This document shows positions 49,890 through 57,855 of a stretch of 57,855 bases of DNA, piece by piece. This DNA comes from an uncultured bacterium (lineage in GTDB: Bacteria; JAGOEH01). The notes beneath the pieces are model-generated. The model was not told the origin of the DNA and did no database searches. It saw only the letters and a program-made list of their open reading frames with translations. Each line of letters begins with the position of its first letter. Position 1 is the stretch's first letter. The stretch is from contig CAZWDO010000023.1 of NCBI GenBank assembly GCA_964632485.1, forward strand, positions 1 through 57,855, written 5' to 3'. The position numbers were made by a program, and so were the translations under genes.

Positions 49890-52054
49890 CTTCTATTTTA
49901 ATTTTTGTAGGATTCGTATTATTTTTGTTTTGGTTGTCCTGGTTTTTAGGGAGGAAATCCCAGACTGAGGATGGATTTTTTGTAGCAGGTGGTCAGATTC
50001 ATTGGTTTATCAATGGTATTGCGTTGACCGGAGGGTATCTTTCGGCAGCGTCGTTTTTAGGTATTTGCGGGATGATTGCCTTCAAAGGCTTTGACGGATA
50101 TCTGTATTCCATTGGTTTTCTTTCTGGATGGGTAGTTGCTCTTTTTGTGGTAGCAGAACCTTTGCGGCGTTTAGGTAAGTACACCTTTGCTGATGCCCTG
50201 GAATCTCGATTTCAGTCCAGGACTATCCATCTGGCAGCCGGAATTAGCACTCTGGTTATCTGTATGTGCTATCTGGTCCCACAGATGGTAGGAGCAGGCG
50301 TTTTGATAGAGCCTTTGCTGGGCATCTCACATCACTGGGGCGTGATCCTGGTGGGAACAGTGGTGATTGTAGTGGTTGCCAGCGCTGGCATGTCTTCAAC
50401 CACTTATGTGCAATTCATTAAAGCGGGTATGCGGGTATGCTGATTATCTTTTCTGGCGTATTAGTAGCCGCGGTTTGCATTCGGGGACTGGAGACCACGC
50501 CGAACACAGTCAACGCCCGCGGGGAGATAGTTGCCCACTACTCGTTCCTTACACTGCCCATTGATGAAAGCAAGTCATGGGAAGAAAACCTGGCTGGAAC
50601 GCCTTATGCTTTTGTAGATATTGTAAAGGTGGCAGGCAGGAAGCTCGGTGAAGCTCCACAGAGATGGGCGCTGATGAACGAATGGGTTCCGCTGGAGAGG
50701 GGCGTCGAAGACCCTGCGACTTATTACCTGTTTCGTCATGGACAGCGTTTGCCTGCCATCCATGACCCCAATGGCGCGATTGCTGACTTGGTTATGGCTG
50801 ATACCCTGCAAGAAAAGCAGCAAATTACTATTCAAAACTTACAGGTTAAAAAAATTGATGGCACTCCCTATGCGCTGTTAAAAAAGCTGGTGGCTGTTCG
50901 ATAATATTGCAAAGGGAACTGCAGCTCTGCGGGAAGCTCAGAACATTACAAAATCTTTCCATGGCGATATGTTTATCAATGGTCTGCCTTCCGGTGGGAG
51001 TAATATGTTGGCTTCCATGGGGCGCATTGTCAGATTTGGCTCACGAAGCGGGCATGATGGTAAGGGAGGTCCCATTGGTCCCTTACGGCTGTTATCAGTT
51101 TTTGCAGATCCCGAAACAGAAGTTGAATTGCCTCGAAGTACAACTATTCGCTATGGGGATGACAATGTTACCCTGTACTACCATAAGTTGATTACTGGCA
51201 ATGAACTTATGAGGCCCGGCGGCCATTTTGATATCGCTAAAAATAGCCCATGGGGCAGGCTGGATTTCATCTCTCTTATGATAGCGCTGTTTTTCGGAAC
51301 GGCGGCTCTTCCTCATGTTTTAATCCGTTATTACACTGTTCGTGATTCTACCGCTGCCCGTCGTTCAACTATCGTCGCCATCTCGGCGATTGGTTTGTTT
51401 TATATCCTGACGCTTTTTTTGGGTCTTGGAGCCATCGCAAACGGTGTTTTGAATCCCCTGACCGAAAATATGTTGGCGCCACTCTTAGCTCGAAGTTTCG
51501 GAGGAGCGCTTTTTGCTATCATTACCGCCCTGGCTTTCGCTACGGTATTAGGAACTGTATCCGGGCTGATTGTCGCCGCCTCGGGCGCAGTGGCTAATGA
51601 TTTGATGGACAAGTTCTTTAAAATGGAGATGAGCGGAAAATCAAAGGTTTTCGCTGCTAAGCTTACAGCTATTATAGTGGGCGCTATCTCCGTGGCGCTG
51701 GGCATCCTGTTCCAGGGAGTGAACGTAGGTTTTCTGGTGGGATTGGCTTTTGCAGTAGCTGCATCGGCAAATTTTCCCTCCATTATTATGATTTTATTCT
51801 GGAAACGAACATCGGCAGCCGGAATAGTTTCTTCAATTTTTGTTGGCGCTACGGTCTCTATGGGGATTATTCTGGCGGGACCCGATATGTTTAAACTCTA
51901 CGGATTCTCCAGCGCGGATGCTTGGTTTCCTATGGGGCAACCGGCAATTATTTCTATGCCCCTAAGTTTTCTGACCCTCATTTTGGTATCTCTAATGACT
52001 CCACAAGGAAGAGCGAATAGTAAATTTGTTCGTTCTGAGGGAGAAATTGGGTAG
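49886..52054 (+). pseudogene. actP: Cation/acetate symporter (SSS family) split by two frameshifts
   Basis: NGIALTGGYLSAASFLG; LFFGTAALPHVLIRYYTV; AFAVAASANFP; 8-nt duplication at 50423-50438 and an extra base near the A6 run at 50880-50885. Confidence 0.85.
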
Positions 52055-52212
52055 TATTATCTAAATTTTGAGAGTTATCTGTTAGTCAATCAAAGCGTTA
52101 ATAAAAATTTTAAAAATGTAAAGGCGCAAGTCCGTTTGTTACTTGTTTGGAGTCACTATACCCAGCAAGGTAGCTTGATTTCTTACTATAAAATTTTGTG
52201 GAGGCAATAACT

Positions 52213-52857
52213 ATGAGAGTATCATCTTTTTTTGTCGTTATGATCCTTTGTTCAGGTAATTTCATGGCCTATTCTCAAGAAGGTAATGATCGCAATACTA
52301 TTATAACTAATTTATCCGGCGCTCACTCTGTTTATTTTAGCGCCGGTTTTAAGATGAATTCCAGTACTTCTGCAAGCGTATCAACATTAGAAGTAAAAAC
52401 TGAAACAAATTTCATAGGTTTCATCGGATATCAATATTGGTTTAGTAATGAGGGTGCTGTTAATTTGACTGTAGGATCATTCAGTTCTGAATCTAATGTA
52501 AGTTATATGAATATTAGTTCCAACAGTATCGTTCCAATATTATTCGGATTTAGTTATTATCCAAAAAAATTATCATTGGGTAGAGTTGGGAGAGTGCGCG
52601 TTGGCGCGAATATGGGTATTTATATGGGTAACGCTTCAAAGACTAATGTAAGTTTTGTCAATATTGGAAGTAGCGCAGTCAATGAAACCGTTTTTGGTGT
52701 TGAGCCAAATGCAGGGGTTGACTTTTTTGTTACAAACTGGTTAAGAATTGGGCCATCGATTTCTTATCATTTTATTAGTGAGTTTAAAGAAGTGATTGGG
52801 GATAGGAAAAATTACAGCGGGCCTGTATTCCTATTTAATATTGGAGTCGTCCTTTAA
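52213..52857 (+). CDS. Outer-membrane beta-barrel protein
   Basis: Signal peptide; alternating amphipathic strands; GGAGG RBS. Confidence 0.7.
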   Translation: MRVSSFFVVMILCSGNFMAYSQEGNDRNTIITNLSGAHSVYFSAGFKMNSSTSASVSTLEVKTETNFIGFIGYQYWFSNEGAVNLTVGSFSSESNVSYMNISSNSIVPILFGFSYYPKKLSLGRVGRVRVGANMGIYMGNASKTNVSFVNIGSSAVNETVFGVEPNAGVDFFVTNWLRIGPSISYHFISEFKEVIGDRKNYSGPVFLFNIGVVL

Positions 52858-52960
52858 GATAATCGGGAATATCCGGCAAGCTGGCCTTTGCTTATAGAAT
52901 TTTCAACCAGAGGTCGCTTCAAGTTAAAAATTGTAAGTAAACTATGCTGAGATTTTAAAA

Positions 52961-53042
52961 CCTGACAATCAGAATCGGTTGTGAGGACCCTTCTTGCATG
53001 AGGATGCGCCGTCTGCATAGAATATTCTGATTGATTGTCAGG
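52961..53042. repeat. 82-bp element with terminal inverted repeats
   Basis: CCTGACAATCAGAAT...ATTCT(GATT)GATTGTCAGG. Confidence 0.5.
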
Positions 53043-53154
53043 CAATGAATTGCCGATTCATTATCACATTGAATCCATTTTTCAGCTTGAAAAAAAAACA
53101 TCCAAATCTCTGCAGATCGGAAAATTGCCTGAGATTTTAGAAATTTTTTAAATA

Positions 53155-53182
53155 TTGACACGGAATAAAAAGTGATTATAAT
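53155..53182 (+). promoter_or_regulatory. Sigma70 promoter
   Basis: Perfect TTGACA-16 nt-TATAAT. Confidence 0.7.
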
Positions 53183-53272
53183 GATGAATAAGAAACTCAT
53201 CGGATTGAGTCTTGTTTTTGTGTTTTTAATTCTACAGTTTAACAAGCGCCAACTAAAACAAAGGAGACGGCC

Positions 53273-54166
53273 ATGAACGTGAAAATGAATTCAAACATTC
53301 GAGCAATTGGAATGTGGATTTTGCTGCTATGCGTGATTATTCCCATGAGCAAGTTGATCGCTCAGGAAGGAAAAACAACAGCAAGCGGAAAAAGCGAACT
53401 GCTCGAATTTGTAGTACAGAGCGCTGACGGGAAGGGATATACTGTACCCGGTAAGATAAATACATTTAGTGATGGCGCCAAAGTTGGATTCAAACATAAA
53501 ACCGATGGTTTTGATTTTACAAACGATGAATTTATGTATGAAATGGAATCACCAGCTACAGGCAAAGTGAGCCATTCGTTTAAAATTGAATTTTTTCCGG
53601 GTACTGGCGGATGGTTCATTGTTGATCCAACCGAACTTTATTTCGAGAATCCGAGCGTTACGCATCTGTTTTTACAAAAGCTTTGTCAATTGCCCGCCGG
53701 TAAAACAGAATTAACGGTTAGATTTTATGCGAACAAAAAATTGCATTCTGAAGGTAAAATAACCTACATCAGCGATGGAGTGAATTCCAAGTACAAAAAG
53801 ATAATGGCAAAATTCGGCAATTTAGAGGAAGCCATGAGCGAGGCGGATAATGCGCGCCGACTGGAAGATGAAAAACAGGAGCAGGCCGAAGCCGAGCAGG
53901 AACGTAAACAAAATGCAGCGAAATATTTTTCGGTTAACATTCAAAGCATGAATCCCTCACAAACTGTTTATGTTGTGCAAATTCACAGTGGAAATCTGAA
54001 AAAGGAAGTCCAGGAAGTTTTACCTAAGAAAACGATTACGCTCGAACTCTGGCGGGGTTCTACGTATGAAATCAGAGTATATAATCAAGGGCAATCGATT
54101 GAAAATGCGCGTTTTGTGGCTACGGTTGACCAATCCAAAAATGGTAAGACATATACTGTAAAATGA
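53273..54166 (+). CDS. Secreted hypothetical protein (two beta-rich domains joined by a coiled coil)
   Basis: AAGGAG RBS; signal peptide; E/Q/K-rich linker. Confidence 0.75.
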   Translation: MNVKMNSNIRAIGMWILLLCVIIPMSKLIAQEGKTTASGKSELLEFVVQSADGKGYTVPGKINTFSDGAKVGFKHKTDGFDFTNDEFMYEMESPATGKVSHSFKIEFFPGTGGWFIVDPTELYFENPSVTHLFLQKLCQLPAGKTELTVRFYANKKLHSEGKITYISDGVNSKYKKIMAKFGNLEEAMSEADNARRLEDEKQEQAEAEQERKQNAAKYFSVNIQSMNPSQTVYVVQIHSGNLKKEVQEVLPKKTITLELWRGSTYEIRVYNQGQSIENARFVATVDQSKNGKTYTVK

Positions 54167-54270
54167 TTAGAAATATCAAAAATGACCGGTTTGCTACGCT
54201 TTGCGGTATAGAACTTCTCAAGGTTGAACCTGGATATGCGGTAGCTTTTCTTAATTTTTTATTTCCATAG
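54163..54270 (+). pseudogene. 5' fragment of a PaaI-type thioesterase
   Basis: MIRNIKNDRFATLCGIELLKVEPGYAVA then truncated; ATGA overlap with the preceding gene. Confidence 0.6.
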
Positions 54271-54336
54271 GAAGGGTTTCTTTGAGAACAGCGATAGATA
54301 GTAAATTAAAGGAATTGATGGAATGTTGAGACATAA

Positions 54337-56124
54337 ATGGATAGAGAGATGTTTATGAGTTATCCTTTAATATTGCTGGTTTTCGAGTCTGTAGTTGCTT
54401 ATTTTTTTGTATTATGGGTACATTCACGGCGGCAATATGATGGCTTGGGGCCTTTCTATGCGTTGCTGGGCGGGATTACTGTTATTATGTCGTGGGTCAC
54501 GGACTCCGGTATCCGCATCGAAGCTGCCGGCATTACCTTCATGGTGGGTTCCACTGTTTTCTATACGGCCTTGCTGTTAGGGGTTTTTGTCGTCTATGTC
54601 TTTGATGGCCCGCGTTCTACGCGTATTGCTATTTATACGATTGCCGGTATTTCCATTGTGACTCCTCTGATCGCATCAATTCTGCTTCTTCAGATAAATA
54701 TGAATGATCCAGCTTTTATCGCCTCCATCCCAGCTCCCAGCCTGCGCATTAATACGGCTTCTGTATTAACTACGATTATTGACTTGTTTTTTTTGGCTAT
54801 GGCTTGGGAATTTTTAGGGAAAAAACGGTGGAGAATAAATATATGGGTCCGCGCTTACCTTACGCTTTTAGGAGTGATGTGGATTGATGTCCTCCTGTTT
54901 ACAACCGGCGCTTTTTACTCGACTCCTAATTATTGGGCCATCTTGGAAGGAACCCTTTTAAGCCGATTGGTCATCTCCTTGTTTGCTTATCCATTTTTGT
55001 ATTTTTATTTGATTTGGCAATATCGCAAGAAAGGAGCTGTGATTGAAAATCGTCCGGTGTTGACTATACTGAACGAAATACTGGAAGTACGATCGGAACT
55101 CAGTATGGCCAAACAGGAAATCGAACGTCGTCATCGGGCAGAATCAGCCTTGCGGAAAAGTGAAAACCGCTATCGCACTTTTATCAACGCCAGTGATGAT
55201 ATGGCGTACCTAAAAGATGATCAGCTCCGGTATATTATAGTCAATGAAAAAAATGCCGCATTTTTTAATTTAAATGCTGAAGCGATTATCGGGCATGATG
55301 ATTTCCATTTAATGCCTCATGAACAGGCTCTTGCCTGTAGAAAAAGCGATGAACAGGCGCTCTCTGAAAAAAAAGTCGTTATTACCGAGGAAATTGTTGA
55401 CGGAAGAGTTTATGAAACGCGAAAATTCCCGGTGGACATCGCTGATGACCGGATCGGTATCGGCGCTTTTATTCGCGATATTACCGAACGGAAACGAGTT
55501 GAAGAGAAAATTCAGTCGCTTTTAGCGGAAAAAGAACTCCTGTTAAAAGAAACGCATCATCGGATTAAAAACAATATGAATATCATATATGGCTTTTTGG
55601 TCATCCAAGCCGAGAGAACAACCGATATTCCAGTTAAAAATGTTCTTCACGATGCCGCAGCCAGAGTTGAAAGTATGATGATCCTCTATGATAAATTATT
55701 TTGTTCAGAAGATATTCAGCAATTATCGATAAAAGAGTATTTCCCTGTGCTTATTGACGGTATCATCGCTATTTATCCTGTTCATTCGAAAGTTAAAATC
55801 GATATGGAACTGGAAGATATTATTCTGGATGTGAGAAGGCTTTCCTCTCTGGGGATTATTTTGAGTGAGATGATTACAAATGCAATGAAATATGCCTTTA
55901 TTGGTCGGCATGAAGGGGTTGTCACTATTACTGCCGCCAATAATACGGAAAACATTCGTATTGTTTTTCAGGATAATGGAGTCGGTTTAGCCGATTCAAT
56001 CACCTTTGAAAATTCATCCGGTTTCGGTATGCAGTTGATTTATTTGCTGGTCCAGCAACTCAATGGATCGATTCAGATTGAACGGAATGCAGGTACGACG
56101 TTTATTATGCACTTTCCCGTTTAA
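54337..56124 (+). CDS. Membrane sensor kinase: multi-TM N-terminus (VUT/YhhQ-like?)-PAS-HisKA_2-HATPase
   Basis: About 7 TM segments; RDITERKR; ETHHRIKNN; EMITNAMKYA, DNGVG, GFGM. Confidence 0.85.
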   Translation: MDREMFMSYPLILLVFESVVAYFFVLWVHSRRQYDGLGPFYALLGGITVIMSWVTDSGIRIEAAGITFMVGSTVFYTALLLGVFVVYVFDGPRSTRIAIYTIAGISIVTPLIASILLLQINMNDPAFIASIPAPSLRINTASVLTTIIDLFFLAMAWEFLGKKRWRINIWVRAYLTLLGVMWIDVLLFTTGAFYSTPNYWAILEGTLLSRLVISLFAYPFLYFYLIWQYRKKGAVIENRPVLTILNEILEVRSELSMAKQEIERRHRAESALRKSENRYRTFINASDDMAYLKDDQLRYIIVNEKNAAFFNLNAEAIIGHDDFHLMPHEQALACRKSDEQALSEKKVVITEEIVDGRVYETRKFPVDIADDRIGIGAFIRDITERKRVEEKIQSLLAEKELLLKETHHRIKNNMNIIYGFLVIQAERTTDIPVKNVLHDAAARVESMMILYDKLFCSEDIQQLSIKEYFPVLIDGIIAIYPVHSKVKIDMELEDIILDVRRLSSLGIILSEMITNAMKYAFIGRHEGVVTITAANNTENIRIVFQDNGVGLADSITFENSSGFGMQLIYLLVQQLNGSIQIERNAGTTFIMHFPV

Positions 56125-56206
56125 ACCCTGGATCGAGTTTTAATGTAAATGGATTTTTGATAAATAGTATATTCTGGTTGAAATCCCCTGGGGATAAAGG
56201 AATCGC

Positions 56207-57004
56207 ATGAAATTAATCGCTCTTTTAACTGATTTTGGTTATGGGGATCCTTATGTTGCGCAAATGCTGGGTGTGATGAAGTCGATTGCTCCCGATAGCG
56301 AATTTATCCACATTACGCATAATGTTCCACCACAAAATATAGCGGTCGCACATTTTCTCCTAAGATATTCAGTTGATTATTTCCCGGATGGAACTGTTTT
56401 TTTGGTAGTGGTAGACCCCGGTGTTGGCTCTGAACGCCTGCCAATTATGATTGCCACTGAACGGTTTTATTTCGTTGGCCCCGATAATGGTTTATTTTCC
56501 CGTATCGGCGAATGGGCTTCTCCCGTATCTTCCATTCGCTATTTGACCAATTCCAAGTATTATCGGACTCAAAAAATTTCACATAGTTTTCATGGTCGCG
56601 ATATTTTTTCGCCCGTTGCCGCATGGCTGTCAAACGGAGTGCCCCTCGATAAACTGGGTCCTGTTATGGAATCGACGGTAAGCTTAACGCTGCCGCTCCT
56701 AACGGAAACTGCTGATGGTCTGGAAGCTTCGTTGATTTATATTGATCATTTTGGAAATTTAATGTTTAATTTTTCCAGAGAGGAATGGACAACCCGAGTG
56801 GGGAATCGCTTTTTTCGTATTGATTGCGGAGAATGGCAGATTGATTGTCTCTCAGAAAATTTTCAGCAGAAAACTCCATTGATTGCGCATTTCAACAGTT
56901 TCCAACTTCTCGAAATCGCCGTACCCAACGGCAATGCCGCCCGCTTGTTCGGCCTGGAAATCGGCGATGAATTTTCCATTTCGCTCCATTTGCTTTCTGA
57001 TTGA
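56207..57004 (+). CDS. SAM hydrolase / SAM-dependent halogenase family (DUF62)
   Basis: LLTDFG, VVDPGVGSER, GPDNG, FHGRDIF, YIDHFGN. Confidence 0.9.
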   Translation: MKLIALLTDFGYGDPYVAQMLGVMKSIAPDSEFIHITHNVPPQNIAVAHFLLRYSVDYFPDGTVFLVVVDPGVGSERLPIMIATERFYFVGPDNGLFSRIGEWASPVSSIRYLTNSKYYRTQKISHSFHGRDIFSPVAAWLSNGVPLDKLGPVMESTVSLTLPLLTETADGLEASLIYIDHFGNLMFNFSREEWTTRVGNRFFRIDCGEWQIDCLSENFQQKTPLIAHFNSFQLLEIAVPNGNAARLFGLEIGDEFSISLHLLSD

Positions 57005-57051
57005 GCGCCAGTTTTATGGTATCTTTTAATAATCAGACAATAGATGTGGTT

Positions 57052-57230
57052 TAGTAAATATCCTGACAAAATTGCGCAGAATAATTGCATCGGTTGTCAT
57101 TTCGGCGATGCCTGGCGACTGGTTGCACGGATTTGGTCAGTGGATTCTGATACCAATCATGTTTACCGCCATGTCGAATCAGGATGCACCCCATTTCTTA
57201 AATTATTCTGATTAGGTCGATTCGTTTCAT
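57052..57230 (-). pseudogene. hicA: HicA toxin inactivated by a premature stop
   Basis: MKRIDLIRII*EMGCILIRHGGKHDWYQNPLTKSVQPVARH; TAA at 57200-57198; 3' end approximate. Confidence 0.8.
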
Positions 57231-57418
57231 GCGACCTGCAACTCACCGACTCGATGAATGCAAGGGATTTTGTTACCAATACTATCGGCATAAATATCTT
57301 TGAGATTCTCTTTGAGTTCTTCGAGACTTTCGCCTTGAGTCCGGTAATCCGGGAACTCTTCGAGCCAGCCTATCCAAAGGTCGTTATCCTGATAATAAAT
57401 AAATCGTTTGGTTTCCAT
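57227..57418 (-). CDS. hicB: HicB family antitoxin (short form)
   Basis: WIGWLEEFPDYRTQGESLEELKENLKD; AAGGAG RBS; ATGA overlap with hicA. Confidence 0.85.
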   Translation of the reverse strand: METKRFIYYQDNDLWIGWLEEFPDYRTQGESLEELKENLKDIYADSIGNKIPCIHRVGELQVA

Positions 57419-57541
57419 TGCCAACTCCTTGAATTAAAAAGCATTTCAGCGCCGTCTATTGAATCCATTATCTATCGATTTCATCCGGCAAAAAACCGGG
57501 GGAATGCCATCTTCAAATGCCGGACATTAACTCCAATTACT

Positions 57542-57570
57542 ATAATAACCGTTTTCCAGTTCTATGTCAA
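57542..57570 (-). promoter_or_regulatory. Sigma70 promoter facing hicB
   Basis: Minus strand TTGACA-17 nt-TATTAT. Confidence 0.5.
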
Positions 57571-57633
57571 GCAGGAAATTTGTGATTATTATTCCGCTGC
57601 CGATGGCGCGCATATGAATGAGCTGGAAAAGGC

Positions 57634-57662
57634 TTGACAAAGAAGGGGGCATGGGTTATATT
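57634..57662 (+). promoter_or_regulatory. Sigma70 promoter for the AAA gene
   Basis: TTGACA-17 nt-TATATT. Confidence 0.55.
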
Positions 57663-57684
57663 GCATTAAACAGGAGCGAGAGTC

Positions 57685-57855
57685 ATGGCGAGAAAATTTA
57701 GCAGTTACGGGCCGATCGATACCGACGAGCATTACTATGCGCCGCGGGAAAATTTAATCGAACAGGCGCTGAGCCAGCTCGTGGGCGACAATCCGGACAA
57801 GGGCGGGCATTATTTCACGGTCTGGGCGCCGCGCCAGACGGGAAAGACCTGGATA
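57685..57855 (+). CDS. 5' end of an AAA-like (AAA_35-type) ATPase, truncated by window edge
   Basis: MARKFSSYGPID...HYY...WAPRQTGKT Walker A; AGGAG RBS; absent from the ORF track. Confidence 0.8.
   Translation, partial: MARKFSSYGPIDTDEHYYAPRENLIEQALSQLVGDNPDKGGHYFTVWAPRQTGKTWI

Noticed and set aside
50441-50443. TGA readthrough/selenocysteine joining actP ORF1 and ORF3 (same frame)
   Set aside because: Further stops follow in that frame (a TAG within 7 codons), and the 8-nt duplication explains the break.
50878-50886. A_AAA_AAG as a programmed -1 frameshift in actP
   Set aside because: A -1 shift leads into the non-ActP frame (50907-51191); continuity needs a +1 shift.
56207-57004. Fluorinase/chlorinase
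   Set aside because: The Asp/Arg/His-type motifs (DPGVG..R, FHGRD) fit the common DUF62 SAM hydrolase, and there is no halometabolite gene context.
698-57090. Many minus-strand and nested ORFs in the track (e.g. 15827-16552, 26082-26774, 28670-29431)
   Set aside because: Antisense shadows of well-supported + strand genes, with no recognisable motifs.
57254-57637. 127-aa + strand ORF
   Set aside because: Antisense to hicB and runs across two promoters; no recognisable motifs.

Overview
Bacterial DNA. Several secreted proteins carry 'YPNPFN...' sorting/FlgD-Ig domains, which suggests an FCB/KSB1-like lineage (inference). All 35 or so credible genes but one (hicB) are on the + strand. 1-8.7 kb is a signalling cluster: two paralogous hybrid kinases with Hpt domains, an HD-GYP regulator and a REC-PAS-GAF-HisKA_2 kinase. 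The rest is a patchwork of unrelated genes with uneven base composition: S8 protease, cimA, DUF3795, aspartyl-protease/PDZ, Ser/Thr dehydratase, ATP-grasp/methyltransferase fusion, Cache lipoprotein + NCS2 permease, DUF2339, MFS, class A beta-lactamase, ABC pair, Ser/Thr kinase-AAA-GAF-GGDEF, frameshifted actP, DUF62 and hicB. The spacers often hold eroded scraps of other genes. The best candidate for an undescribed system is an intact three-gene module at 46581-48354 (GHKL kinase/ATPase, STAS-like protein, PIN nuclease). It sits exactly between the decayed 3' end of hsdS and the decayed 5' end of hsdR of a type I restriction-modification operon, the slot PrrC occupies in EcoprrI. Also notable: a candidate structured leader RNA/uORF before a methyltransferase, and a subclass A2-like beta-lactamase lacking Glu166. 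I found no rRNA, tRNA, CRISPR array, integrase or intact transposase. All family calls come from motif recognition by eye, not database searches.
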